Under the pieces are notes generated by a model, which was not told where the DNA came from, made no database searches, and saw only the letters and a program-made list of their open reading frames with translations. The translations under genes were made by a program, and so were the position numbers. This document shows positions 26,379 to 36,900 of a DNA stretch of 64,000 nucleotides, in pieces (the first letter of the stretch is position 1; each line of letters begins with the position of its first letter). The stretch spans positions 608,001-672,000 of the forward strand of contig OZ242260.1 of NCBI GenBank assembly GCA_965207065.1, read 5' to 3'. This stretch comes from a bacterium. Its GTDB lineage: Bacteria > UBA8248.

Positions 26379-29300
26379 CTACTGCACTCCCGCCACGGCC
26401 TCTCGTACGCGCTTTCTTAACACATCATCGACTGGGCAGGAAACATCGACGCCCGGACGCAGAAAAGAAAACACCAGTTCACCCACTTCGAGACCCGCCG
26501 CCGCCTCGAGCGCCATGACGTAGGCGGCTCCCTGGTTTTCATAATCCTTGGCCTTATCCTCCACCTCGCCTTCGGCGACCTTGTCCGTCTTGAAGTCCAC
26601 AACCACGAGTTTGCCCTCTTCTTCGAACACCAGATCGATGAAACCCCGAATCACCCTGCCCTCCAACTCGAAGGTGAAGGGAAGCTCCCGCCAGCGCCTG
26701 GAAGCCGACGCTGCGCGCGCAAGAATCCTCCCCGCCCGCATAGAGTCTCGGATCAACTCCATGGCGTGATCCACATCATCCTCTTTCAAGCCGAGCGAGC
26801 GGGCGCAGGAAACCCCCTCTTCTCTCAAACTCTCCAGACGCTCTGGCGTCGGCGGCTCGAGCCGTGCGAGTATCAAATGAACCAGGCTCCCGAACGCCAT
26901 GCCGCCTGAGTGAACCTCTATGTCCTGGGGCGCATCCTCATCGTAAAGCGCAGTCGAGGCCGCAGGCTCCTCCTCGTCGAATCCTTTCACGAGACCGCTG
27001 GGAGCCAGTGGCTTCAGCGCCTCTACCGGCTTTTTCAGGCGCTTCAGTTTCTCATCCAGAACCGCTCGCCGGTCGACAACGCCCGCCGAGCCCCCGTTCA
27101 CCGGGCGGAACGCAGCGTCCCCAAGACGGAGGATGGACTCCGGCTCCCCGGGTTCTGCCGGCGAAACTTCGAGTACCGAAGCGGACGCCGCCCGGATCAC
27201 CTCGGCAGTTTCTTCTTCCGGGAGCCCCGCACTTTGCATGAACCCGCGAAACCCCGACTCCGGCCAGAGCAGATAGTCCTCGGCCCGCGTCGCGCCCACG
27301 TACCAGAGACGCTTGATTTCCGCATCATGAAACCCTTTTTCGCGTTCGAGCGCGTCAACGTAGCCATCTGAAACCAGTAACCGGGGCTTTGCGCCCAGGC
27401 GCAGTTCGACCGCTTCTTTTCCTTTATCGTGATTCGCAATCCGCGCCTCGGAACGCTGATCGTCCCTTCCCTCCAGGTCGGCCAGGGCGACCACGGGGAA
27501 TTCCAGCCCCTTGGCCTGGTGGATGGTCATGAACCGGACCGCCTCGCTCCCCCGGGTATCCAGAAACGCCTCGGGTTCCCTGGCGTCGCGTCCCAGCTCG
27601 TATAGCGCCTCGAGATGAGCCGCGAACGCATCCACGCCCCGCCTCCCGCTTCCGGCGAATTCATGCGCCATATCGAGGAGCTTTGACAGATTGGCGACGC
27701 GCTGCTCTCCGCCCGATGAAGCCAGGAACAACTCGAACGCCCCCGTGCGGCGGTATATCTCCTCCAGAACGGCGCGCGCGCTCGTATCTTTCTTCGCCTC
27801 GTGCAGCAGATGTATTTCCCGAACCGCCTCTTTCAACTCCTCGGGCGGTTCTTGCGTCTTCAGGAAGTAGCGGCCGATCTCCACGTCCGAAAAGCCATAC
27901 AAGGGAGAGCGCAGGGCGGCTGCGAGCGCCAGCGGGTCGCCGGGCCGCGCCACTGCTGATAATACCGAGACGACCGCGCCGACCTCGAACTTGTCATAGA
28001 ACCCGCGCCCGCCATCGGTCATGAACGGAACCCCCGCGCCACGGAAGGCGTCCTCGAACTGGGTATAGGCCGTGCGCGCCCGGAACAGGACAGCGACGTC
28101 GCCATAATGGACGGGGCGACGCGCATTCCTGTCCCTGTCCGTGATTTCCACCTTCTCCTCTTCCACCAACTCGCGAATCGCGGCGGCGAGGCAGGCGGCC
28201 TCCGTCTTGCGCCTCTCCTCCTCGCTCACCTTGACGCTTTCCGCAGACTCGTCCCCGTCTTCTTTCTTTTTGAACAGGAAAACGGCCGGGTCTGCGGATT
28301 CGCGATGCGCCACGAGTTCTACATATGGAGGTTGAATTCCCGCTTCATGATGGATGACGCGCGAAAACGCCTCGTTCACGAAATCGACCACGCCGGGCGT
28401 GCTGCGGAAGTTTTCCTTGATATGCAGCACTCGGCCATTCGAGAGATCATCGAACATCTCCCGAACCTCGTGGTAAATGGCGATGTCCGCCCGGCGGAAG
28501 CGGTAGATGGATTGCTTGGGATCGCCCACCAGGAAGAGTTTGGCGTCTTCCATCCGCGCCTCGCGCCAGTCGGCGGCGTCTCCCTCTCCCGCGAGCAGGA
28601 ATATCAACTCGACCTGCAGGGGGTCGGTATCCTGAAATTCATCGACCAGAAAGTGCCGGATGCTCTCGCGGATTCTCCCTCGCACGGAAGGGTTCTCCCG
28701 TATGAGCTTCGCCGCCAGGAAGAGCATGTCCTGGTAGGACAAAAGCCCCGTTTCGCGCATTTCCGCCTCGAATGACTCGGCGAAACCCCGGACGAGGGGG
28801 ACCAGACCGGCGAGCACCTCGTGGGCGATAAGCGTGGCGCTCTCTTGCAAAAACCCGTCGTATCCGCTTCTGAAGCGTTTCAGGTTTTCTCCGCCCTCCT
28901 CCTTGGAATCTCCCCAGTTCGCCGCCGATCCCACCCGCTTGTTCAGTTTGAAACCGGGACTCCATAGCTCGCGGAGCAGTCCGGTTTGCGAAAGCCCGGA
29001 GAGGCCCTCCAGCCAGCTTTTCGCATTCTCCAGTTGTATAAAGGCTTTGTCCTCTTCATTCACGCAGCGGCTTCCCACTTCCGCCCAGGCGTCGAACCCA
29101 TCTTCAATCGACGCGCGGATTTCTACGGGAGAAGCGCCATGTGAGCAGGGAAAATGTTCTCTTAATTCCGGCAGGTCGAGCATGGCGTCGCGGATTTTCT
29201 CCAGATCGGATACCGGAAAGCCGAGTTCCAGGAAGTCGCGCAATCGCCGATCATCGCTATCCAGCACCTGCGCCAGCCATTCGCGCCAGGCCGCATCGCG

Positions 29301-29714
29301 CCGCGCATCGTGCTCGATTTCATCCACGTCGCCCAGGTCGGGCCGAAGCCCGGCTTCCACGGAGAATGACCGCAAGATATTCAGCGCGAAACCGTGGATG
29401 GTGGAGATGCGCGCGGATTCGAGGTTGTCCAGCGCATCCAGCAGCCGCGCTTTCGTGGCGGCGTCTTCTTTTCCTTTAACGGCATCGAGAAGACATCCAC
29501 GGATCCGGTCTTTGAGTTGTGCTGTCGCCTTTCGCGTGAAAGTAATGGCGGCTATCTCATCGAGAGGAACACCCTCGTGAAGGATCAGATGCAGAATCCT
29601 GTCCACAAGCAGGGTCGTTTTGCCCGTCCCCGCGCCCGCTTCGACCAGAACGGGGCCGCGCGTCCAGGTCGCGGCCTCATCCCTTTGTTTTTGGTCGCGG
29701 GGATGCGCGCTCAT
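26379..29714 (-). CDS. addA: AddA-like UvrD helicase with C-terminal nuclease
   Basis: 'EAGAGTGKTT', 'ITFTRKA', 'VDEFQDT', 'VGDPKQSIYRFR', 'TIHQAKGLEF'; nuclease 'GFIDLV...VVDFKT'. Confidence 0.85.
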   Translation of the reverse strand: MSAHPRDQKQRDEAATWTRGPVLVEAGAGTGKTTLLVDRILHLILHEGVPLDEIAAITFTRKATAQLKDRIRGCLLDAVKGKEDAATKARLLDALDNLESARISTIHGFALNILRSFSVEAGLRPDLGDVDEIEHDARRDAAWREWLAQVLDSDDRRLRDFLELGFPVSDLEKIRDAMLDLPELREHFPCSHGASPVEIRASIEDGFDAWAEVGSRCVNEEDKAFIQLENAKSWLEGLSGLSQTGLLRELWSPGFKLNKRVGSAANWGDSKEEGGENLKRFRSGYDGFLQESATLIAHEVLAGLVPLVRGFAESFEAEMRETGLLSYQDMLFLAAKLIRENPSVRGRIRESIRHFLVDEFQDTDPLQVELIFLLAGEGDAADWREARMEDAKLFLVGDPKQSIYRFRRADIAIYHEVREMFDDLSNGRVLHIKENFRSTPGVVDFVNEAFSRVIHHEAGIQPPYVELVAHRESADPAVFLFKKKEDGDESAESVKVSEEERRKTEAACLAAAIRELVEEEKVEITDRDRNARRPVHYGDVAVLFRARTAYTQFEDAFRGAGVPFMTDGGRGFYDKFEVGAVVSVLSAVARPGDPLALAAALRSPLYGFSDVEIGRYFLKTQEPPEELKEAVREIHLLHEAKKDTSARAVLEEIYRRTGAFELFLASSGGEQRVANLSKLLDMAHEFAGSGRRGVDAFAAHLEALYELGRDAREPEAFLDTRGSEAVRFMTIHQAKGLEFPVVALADLEGRDDQRSEARIANHDKGKEAVELRLGAKPRLLVSDGYVDALEREKGFHDAEIKRLWYVGATRAEDYLLWPESGFRGFMQSAGLPEEETAEVIRAASASVLEVSPAEPGEPESILRLGDAAFRPVNGGSAGVVDRRAVLDEKLKRLKKPVEALKPLAPSGLVKGFDEEEPAASTALYDEDAPQDIEVHSGGMAFGSLVHLILARLEPPTPERLESLREEGVSCARSLGLKEDDVDHAMELIRDSMRAGRILARAASASRRWRELPFTFELEGRVIRGFIDLVFEEEGKLVVVDFKTDKVAEGEVEDKAKDYENQGAAYVMALEAAAGLEVGELVFSFLRPGVDVSCPVDDVLRKRVREAVAGVQ

Positions 29715-32700
29715 GAGGCGTTCTCCCTCAAGACTCGAAGCTCGCTCATCCCCGGCGCGCCTTCCTTCCGTGCGGCGCGCTCGGCCCTGTCCGGTCCGCA
29801 GAGGAGCTTGTAGTCGCAATACCTGCACCCAACTTCGGTGGGCGTCGGGAAATAACGCCCCTCCCGGGCAGAGGCGAGGAAATAATCCAACAGCGCATCC
29901 ACCTCCGCCATGCGCTCCTCGATATCTTCGCAGGAGCGCGGGCGTTCGACGACGCCCTCATCCCTGGTGACATAGACGTATGCGCCGCTCACCCCGGCGC
30001 CCTCCGGCAAGGCGTCCGGCCGCGCGCGCAGGTGCCGCGCGTAGAGGTGGAGCTGAAGGCTCTCGCCGCCGTCCAGCACTTTCATCCGGGCCGGAACCGA
30101 ACTCCTTCTGCCTACGGTCTTGAAATCGACTACGCGGTATTCCCCCGCTTCGTTTCTCTCGAGCAGGTCCATCCGCCCGCTAAGAGAAAGCTCCCCTGAT
30201 TCCAGCGTTATCCGCAAAGGCTCGGAACCCACCCCGCCGAACCTCTCCTCCACGCTCACCGGAAGCGGGCCCGACGCGTCCGCTTGCCTTTGCTCCAGGT
30301 AGCCCCGCAAACGACGGTAGAGCGCGTCTTCGAGCACCCCCCAGGGCAGCGCGGGCAGCGGCGTCGATTCGGCCTTTTCCGCCTCATCGCGCATCGCCTC
30401 CCGAATCACATCGCGGAGCGCTTCCTGCGTCGTCGTTTCGCCCAGCGCATGAAGCGGCTGGTTCTTCTCCTTGAGCCAATCGTGGAATAGTTCGAGAATC
30501 CGGTGCGTCAACTCTCCCCGGCTTCTCCCGTCCATGTCGAAAGGCGGGATGGGTTCTTCTCGTTTTTCCATGCGGGGGTGCAGGCGCTTGTTGATGAACC
30601 GGTAAGGACACCCGAAGAAATTCTCCACCAAGGTGACTCCGAGCGGCCGAGCGGGCGAGTGAATTTTCTCCCCTATGATCTCCCTCAAATCGGGAGCGGT
30701 GAGCATCCCGTCGTGACCGGTCAAAGCGCCCGGCCGCCACCGCTCATCCAGGGCGGCGCGCCTTCTGAGAAACCCCGGAAAATCGTTCATGTAAGAGAGG
30801 CTGCCCGCCTCGGGCCGGCCAATCTGAGTCGACATAAGCGCCAGGTCATACTCGCGTAGATGAGCAGGATTCGATGAAATCGCCCCTGCGTCCAGCGTCG
30901 CGGCGGCGGTGCGGCTGCGCGATTCAGCGAAAAGTCCCCACGCGCCGTCTCTCGCCTCCCCCAGCGCGTCGGCCAGATAATGCAGGAACATGCTCGGAAA
31001 AGAAGCCGCATTCTCCCCCATACTATCCTCTGCGCTCGTCGCCGTGAGGATGAGACGCTTCCTGGCCGACTGAAGGATCGTCCATAACTGAAACCGCGCT
31101 TCGCTCTCGCGCGATTTCTTGAGCGGTAGCACCGCCTCCCGCTCCGGGAAGGTCTCCAGCGCGGCGCGGTTCAGCTTTTCGCGCACCGAATCGGGCAGTA
31201 GCGGGTCTTCGCTCCCTGCAGGCGGAAACAGGCCCTCGCCCAGACCTGCGAAGACGACCGCATCGAAGGTAAGACCGCGCGCGCCCTGGATGGAAGAGAG
31301 ACTCGCCAGATGGCCCTCATCCGGCTCGCCGCCTCTCATGGCAGTCTTATCCAGAAACCGCTCGCAAAGATCGTGGAACTCCTCGCGCGTCATCTCGCCT
31401 GTAATCTCATCCAAAGCCGTCAGAGATAAGATGAGCTCCCTCACCACGTCCTGTTGGGACAAACCGCTCGTCGTCTCCGAGAAAACCGCCAAAGCCGATT
31501 TCACAAAAGATGATGGCAACCCTCGTTCCGGCATTTTTTCCATGAGCGTGAAAACATCGCCCATCGCCAAGTCGAGAGAATACGCGGCGGGATATTCCTC
31601 ATCCGTCTTTCGCATCCTCTCCAATTCGTCATCGAGCGCAGAGAGCCAGGCGTCGGGGCCGCTCAGGTAGGGCAGGCTCCTCGAGAAAAACTCCCATTTT
31701 GACGCAAGAGCGGAATCGCCGACGCGCTCCTCGAACTCGTATTTACGCGCCAGTTCCTGGAACATCGGCGAACCGGTGAAGCCACCCTCATCCAGAAAGC
31801 GCATCAGCTCGGCGCGCGGGTAACCTTCAACGGCCAAGCGGAGCATGAGGAGATACATGCGGGCGGCGGGCGCTTCGGACAAGGTGGGGTTCTCTTCCGC
31901 CCGGCAGGGAATCTCGAGGGTATGGAATGTCTCTTCGAACAGACCCTGATAACCGTCCCGCGCGGTCATCAGGACGCACATTTCATCATCGCCCTCGATG
32001 TCTTCTCTCGCCCGAAGCATCTCCCGGCAGGCTTCCCAGACTTCCCGGCCTCTTGTGGGGGCGGCCACGATTCGCAGGGCATCCGCCGCCAATGGCTCCG
32101 CCTCCGCCTCATCGCGCGAGAAGAGCGCCTCGGCCAGACCCGAAAGCGGCCTCGGCGTGTGCAGAGCGATTTCTTCTCTGCGGAATCCCTGCCGCTCCAG
32201 CCATTCGAGTAAAGGTTGCGCATGCGCGCATGCGGGCGCGCCCGTTTGCGCGGGCACCAGGGCCTGGGAGTTCGCCTCGCGGCAGACCGCCGCCGCCAGC
32301 CTGCGCTGAAGCGCGTTCATCTCGGCGAAGCCGTAGAAGATGGTGGAAACGCGCGGCGGATCAGCTTCCGCCATCTCGCACGCCGTCTCGAATAGCGAGG
32401 AGCGGTCGTAGTATTTCCGCTCGCGCATACTCTTATGGAAACGCTCGGCCAGAAACGCCAGATCGCGGAGGCGCGCCGCATCGGAGCCTGATATTTTCCG
32501 GCTGAGTTCCCTTAAAATCTCAGGAGAGAGGTTCGCCTCGGCCAGGTCCGTCAGGGTTGCGCAGAGGCTTTCTCCGTATCCTCTCGTATCCGCTTTGAAA
32601 AAGGCGAACTCCCCCCGCGCGCTCTCGAACGCTTTTTCCGCCAGGACTTCGGCGAGCGCCGGATGGGGACGCGTGAATCCCGACAGCGCGCGCTGCGGCT

Positions 32701-32938
32701 CGGCAATCTCGCGCGCCAGATCGATCATGCTCAGAACCTCTACGCCCGCGAAGCCGCCCGCGCGCGCGAGCACGCCCTGGACGTGAGTGCGCAGCCGGTT
32801 CGAGATGACGACCACCCGCCTTTGCGCGAGGGGGTCTCCCCCGCCCAGGCTGCGCACGCGCGGCGCGAGGGATGGTTCCAGATGGTGAAAAGGAGCTGCA
32901 ATTAGAATTTTGGGGGCCGACGCCATGGGGTGTTCCAT
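29711..32938 (-). CDS. addB: AddB-like PD-(D/E)XK nuclease with Fe-S cysteines
   Basis: 'FFGCPYRF', 'GRMDLLE...VVDFKT', 'CRYCDYKLLC'; stop overlaps the addA start. Exact start uncertain. Confidence 0.8.
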   Translation of the reverse strand: MEHPMASAPKILIAAPFHHLEPSLAPRVRSLGGGDPLAQRRVVVISNRLRTHVQGVLARAGGFAGVEVLSMIDLAREIAEPQRALSGFTRPHPALAEVLAEKAFESARGEFAFFKADTRGYGESLCATLTDLAEANLSPEILRELSRKISGSDAARLRDLAFLAERFHKSMRERKYYDRSSLFETACEMAEADPPRVSTIFYGFAEMNALQRRLAAAVCREANSQALVPAQTGAPACAHAQPLLEWLERQGFRREEIALHTPRPLSGLAEALFSRDEAEAEPLAADALRIVAAPTRGREVWEACREMLRAREDIEGDDEMCVLMTARDGYQGLFEETFHTLEIPCRAEENPTLSEAPAARMYLLMLRLAVEGYPRAELMRFLDEGGFTGSPMFQELARKYEFEERVGDSALASKWEFFSRSLPYLSGPDAWLSALDDELERMRKTDEEYPAAYSLDLAMGDVFTLMEKMPERGLPSSFVKSALAVFSETTSGLSQQDVVRELILSLTALDEITGEMTREEFHDLCERFLDKTAMRGGEPDEGHLASLSSIQGARGLTFDAVVFAGLGEGLFPPAGSEDPLLPDSVREKLNRAALETFPEREAVLPLKKSRESEARFQLWTILQSARKRLILTATSAEDSMGENAASFPSMFLHYLADALGEARDGAWGLFAESRSRTAAATLDAGAISSNPAHLREYDLALMSTQIGRPEAGSLSYMNDFPGFLRRRAALDERWRPGALTGHDGMLTAPDLREIIGEKIHSPARPLGVTLVENFFGCPYRFINKRLHPRMEKREEPIPPFDMDGRSRGELTHRILELFHDWLKEKNQPLHALGETTTQEALRDVIREAMRDEAEKAESTPLPALPWGVLEDALYRRLRGYLEQRQADASGPLPVSVEERFGGVGSEPLRITLESGELSLSGRMDLLERNEAGEYRVVDFKTVGRRSSVPARMKVLDGGESLQLHLYARHLRARPDALPEGAGVSGAYVYVTRDEGVVERPRSCEDIEERMAEVDALLDYFLASAREGRYFPTPTEVGCRYCDYKLLCGPDRAERAARKEGAPGMSELRVLRENAS

Positions 32939-32988
32939 ATCACCGGTGGTGGGCGGTTCCGCCGGTCGAAGCAAATCCAAACGCTCGA

Positions 32989-33954
32989 CTAGGTGTTCAG
33001 CACGCTCTCGCCGAACAGATCCTCCACCTCGAGCAGGCCGGGCGTGAGACCCTGCGCGTGGGCGTAGGAGAGGAGCTTTTCGAGTGACGCGCGGTTCGCC
33101 TCCACCCCGTAGGGCCAGAAATCATCGCCGAAAATCTTGCGCGTCTCGTCCATCACCGAGGGCAGAAACGGGATCATGGCCGAGAGCGCGCCGTTGTCGC
33201 TCAGTAGCTCCATCGTTTTCTCGCGCGCCTCGCACATGGCCTCATAGATGGACCCGAGCGCCCAGGGGTTTTGCTCGTGAACGTCCTTTCTCAGCACGAC
33301 GCAGTGCATCATGGGGTGAACGCCCGTTCTCTTGTAATACGCCGTCTCGGCGGCCTTGTAGTCCGGGAACAGGCGCTTGACGCGCGGCGAACCCTTGGCG
33401 AAGCACTCCGGCACCTGATGGATAAGCGCGCCGTCCACCTCGCCCGATTCGAGCATGTTCGACACCGTCTGGCCGGGCTTCATGTAGCGGATACTTGCGC
33501 CGGGCGGCATGGGTATCGGCACACGCGGCTCGATGGCCGCCACCCAGTCCACAGAACTCACGTCGAGGCCGTACTCCTCGGCGAGAATGCCGACTATCCA
33601 CACGACCGCCGTCATCCCCCATTCTCGGATCACGACCCGCTTGCCGTTCAGGTCCGCCACCTCATCGACACCCGCATCGGTGTTCGCGTAGACCATCGAA
33701 TGCCGGAAGACGCGGCTCGGGAAGGCGGGCATCCCCACGAAGGGACTTTCTCCCTCACCCAGCAGGAACATGTGCGCGCCCATCGACATTTCGGACAGGT
33801 CGAACTCCTGGTGCCTGCACATGCGGAAGAATATCTCGGAAGGCGGCAGGGAGAGCACACGGAGGTCCACACCATTCGGGCGAACAGCGCCCATCTTGAG
33901 AATGTTGGTGCGATCGTAATCGCCAAACGCCGCGGTGAGCTCCAGATCCGGCAT
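32989..33954 (-). CDS. 4,5-dihydroxyphthalate decarboxylase-like protein (periplasmic-binding fold)
   Basis: 'GDYDRT', 'EIFFRM...EFDLSEMS', 'FPSRVFRH', 'GVHPMMH', 'FWPYGVEANR'. Confidence 0.8.
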   Translation of the reverse strand: MPDLELTAAFGDYDRTNILKMGAVRPNGVDLRVLSLPPSEIFFRMCRHQEFDLSEMSMGAHMFLLGEGESPFVGMPAFPSRVFRHSMVYANTDAGVDEVADLNGKRVVIREWGMTAVVWIVGILAEEYGLDVSSVDWVAAIEPRVPIPMPPGASIRYMKPGQTVSNMLESGEVDGALIHQVPECFAKGSPRVKRLFPDYKAAETAYYKRTGVHPMMHCVVLRKDVHEQNPWALGSIYEAMCEAREKTMELLSDNGALSAMIPFLPSVMDETRKIFGDDFWPYGVEANRASLEKLLSYAHAQGLTPGLLEVEDLFGESVLNT

Positions 33955-34162
33955 CTCTCCCCCTTTCGCGTCATCAAATCGTGAAAGCGCATCTTTGCAA
34001 TGATGGTGGAACGAGCAAACGGTTTCTCATAGTTTTATCCGCTCGGCAACGAGGCGAGTGCTCGGGCTCCTGAAAACGCCCGGTTGACCACCCGCCGCCC
34101 GGCGTGGCATGAAGGGGCGGGAATTCCGGGCATTCCGCATCAACAACCGAAAAGGATGACGC

Positions 34163-35206
34163 TTGGCTGAACAGATTAGAGTGATCGTATGCGGATTCGG
34201 ACGCGTCGGGCGCGAATTCGCGAGACTCATCCAAGAAAAAGCGGAACTCATGCAGGCGTCCTATGCTATAGAACCGATCATCGTCGGCGTGGGCGAACTA
34301 AACGGGAGTCTGTACAGCACCTACGGACTCGACGCGGCGAAGACGGCGGACGCCTTCGAGCGAGAGGGCGGCTTCGGGGGCCATCCTGGTCTCAAGGCGG
34401 ACTGGCAGGGGCTCGACCTGGTTCGCTCCGCACAGGCAGACGCCCTCATCGAGACGACGCCCACCGACATCCGCACGGGCGAACCGGCCTTGAGCCACAT
34501 CCGCGAGGCGCTCGGAAAGGGCATGAACGTGGTGAGCGCGAACAAGGGGCCGTTCATCCGCGCCTACCGGGAACTCACCGGCTTGGCGCGGGAGAGAAAC
34601 GCGGAACTTAAAATCTCCGCCGCCGCGGCAGCCGCGCTCCCGACCATCGACGTGGCCGAGACGTGCCTGGCGGGCGCGGAGATTCTGGGGGTCGAGGGCG
34701 TGCTGAACGGGACGACGAATTTTATTCTCACCCGCATGAGGACGAACGGACAGAGTTATGAAGAAGCGCTCGCAGAGGCGCAGGCGCTCGGAATCGCGGA
34801 GACCGACCCCACGCTCGACGTGGAGGGATTCGACACGGCGAACAAGCTCGCGCTCATCACCAACGTCTGCATGGGTGCGGACCTGACGCCCGATGACGTG
34901 GAGCGGACGGGCATTGCCGGGATGTCTCTCGAAGATGTGCAGCGCGCGAGCGCGGCGGGCAAGATCATGCGCCTCGTGGGCGTCTCGAAGCGGGATGAGG
35001 CCGGGCGCGTCTCGGCCCGCGTCGCGCCCGAACTGCTCTCGCCCGATCATCCCCTGGCGGGCGTGGAGGGGGCGGAGAAGGGCATCACCTACACGAGCGA
35101 TACGATGGATCGCGTCACCGTCGTGGGTGGCAAGAGCGACCCGCGCGGGGCCGCCGCCGCTTTGCTGAAAGACCTCATCAACATTTATCGTCATACATCA
35201 TCCTGA
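34163..35206 (+). CDS. hom: Homoserine dehydrogenase (short form, no ACT domain)
   Basis: 'GFGRVG', 'VVSANKGP', 'GVLNGTTNFIL', 'AQALGIAETDPTLDVEGFD'. Confidence 0.8.
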   Translation: MAEQIRVIVCGFGRVGREFARLIQEKAELMQASYAIEPIIVGVGELNGSLYSTYGLDAAKTADAFEREGGFGGHPGLKADWQGLDLVRSAQADALIETTPTDIRTGEPALSHIREALGKGMNVVSANKGPFIRAYRELTGLARERNAELKISAAAAAALPTIDVAETCLAGAEILGVEGVLNGTTNFILTRMRTNGQSYEEALAEAQALGIAETDPTLDVEGFDTANKLALITNVCMGADLTPDDVERTGIAGMSLEDVQRASAAGKIMRLVGVSKRDEAGRVSARVAPELLSPDHPLAGVEGAEKGITYTSDTMDRVTVVGGKSDPRGAAAALLKDLINIYRHTSS

Positions 35207-35223
35207 AACCGGAGAGATTATTC

Positions 35224-36825
35224 ATGAACAACGCGGACCTGATCGTCAAAACCATGAAGGAAGCGGGCGTCACGCACTGCTTCGGCATCCCGAGCGGCAA
35301 CGTCCTGCCCATGCTCGAGGCCATGCGCAAGGGGGGGATTACCTTCGTCCTCACCGCGCACGAGGGCTCGGCGAGCTTCGCCGCCGACGTGATGGGCCGC
35401 CTGACGGGCGCGCCCGGTTTCTGCATCGCAACGCTGGGACCCGGCGCCACCAACCTCTCGACCGGCGTGGGCAACGCCTATCTTGACCGCTCCCCGCTCA
35501 TCGCGCTGACCTGCAACCTGCACACGCACCAGCTCGGGCGACGCATCCAGATGTACATCGACCACCACACCCTCTACCGGCCCATATCCAAGGCGAGTCT
35601 TCCGCTCAGAAAAGGCCGCGTCGCCGCCGTACTGGAAGAGGCGATGGGCCTCGCCTTGAGCGAGCCGCACGGCCCGGTGCATCTGGACCTTCCAGAAGAC
35701 GTATCGCTCGCACCCGCCACAGAAGAACTGCCGCCGATTCCTCAGGGAAAGCGCCACCGGGCAGCGCCCGAGAGCGCGTTCGGGAAACTGGAATCACTGC
35801 TACAAAGCGCCAAGCGGCCCGTCGCGGTCTTTGGTTCCACGAGCATGCGGATGGAGAACCCCGCGCTTTTGCGCGACTTCATCGACCGCCACCAGCTTCC
35901 CTTCGCCACGACCACGATGGCGAAAGGAATGATAGACGAGGACCACCCGCTATCGGTCGGCTGCATCGAACGCGGAAAGCGGCAGGTGCAGCGCGAGTTC
36001 CTGAGAAGCGCAGACATGATCCTCGGGGTCGGCTACGACGTGATCGAGGTGGAATACGAGCAATGGATAAAGGACGTGCCCCTCGTGAACGTGGACATCG
36101 ACCCGGTGGACGCGGATTCCTCGGTCGAAATCGCCCATGAGGTGGTGGGCGACCTGGATGCGTCCCTAAGGCGCATGAACGACATGGCGCCCGGCAGCTA
36201 CGAGTGGCCCTCGGACGCCGCCTTGCGGCACAAGGAAAGATTCCAGAAGGCCCTGCGCCCTCAGGTTCCGCACTTCGCGGCTCATGAGGCCATCGACGTG
36301 GTGCGCGAGGTGACGCCAAAGGAGGGGATACTCTCCTTCGACGTGGGCGCGCACACCCACCAGATAGCCAGCCAGTGGACGGTGCACGACCCGCGCACCT
36401 TCCTCATCACGAACGGGTGGTCCTCGATGGGCTTCGGCCTGCCCGGCGCCATCGCCGCGAAACTCGCATGTCCCGACAAACCCGTCGTCGCCCTCATCGG
36501 GGACGGGTGTTTCCAGATGACGTGCGGCGAGGTGGCCGTCGCCAAGAGAATGGGGCTCGCCATCCCCATCGTCGTTCTGGACGACAGGTGGCTCTCGCTC
36601 ATCCAGGTCAAACAGGACAGGCGGGATTACGGCCGCTACGGCACCGAACTCCAGGCAGAGGAATACCAGGCGCCGCCCGCCCATTACTTCGGCGTGCCCG
36701 CCGTGGGCGTGAGAACACCGGAAGAACTCAGGCGCGTGCTCACCGAAGCCTTCCAGGCCGATGGGCCGACAGTCATCGAGGCGGTGGTGGACGCCGCGCA
36801 CTACGACGACACGGTGTTCGACTAG
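35224..36825 (+). CDS. ThDP-dependent enzyme, acetolactate synthase-like
   Basis: 'FGIPSG', 'HEGSA', 'TLGPGATN', 'SSMGFGLPGAIAA', 'GDGCF'. Confidence 0.88.
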   Translation: MNNADLIVKTMKEAGVTHCFGIPSGNVLPMLEAMRKGGITFVLTAHEGSASFAADVMGRLTGAPGFCIATLGPGATNLSTGVGNAYLDRSPLIALTCNLHTHQLGRRIQMYIDHHTLYRPISKASLPLRKGRVAAVLEEAMGLALSEPHGPVHLDLPEDVSLAPATEELPPIPQGKRHRAAPESAFGKLESLLQSAKRPVAVFGSTSMRMENPALLRDFIDRHQLPFATTTMAKGMIDEDHPLSVGCIERGKRQVQREFLRSADMILGVGYDVIEVEYEQWIKDVPLVNVDIDPVDADSSVEIAHEVVGDLDASLRRMNDMAPGSYEWPSDAALRHKERFQKALRPQVPHFAAHEAIDVVREVTPKEGILSFDVGAHTHQIASQWTVHDPRTFLITNGWSSMGFGLPGAIAAKLACPDKPVVALIGDGCFQMTCGEVAVAKRMGLAIPIVVLDDRWLSLIQVKQDRRDYGRYGTELQAEEYQAPPAHYFGVPAVGVRTPEELRRVLTEAFQADGPTVIEAVVDAAHYDDTVFD

Positions 36826-36900
36826 AAAATACCTCGAACCGGGCGATTATGGTAATATTTCCTCAAAAGAATTGGTGACCCTCTACGTAGAGAAAACATC

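Noticed and set aside
26379-32938. Novel helicase-nuclease defence system
   Set aside because: Order, motifs and Fe-S cysteines fit housekeeping AddAB recombination repair.
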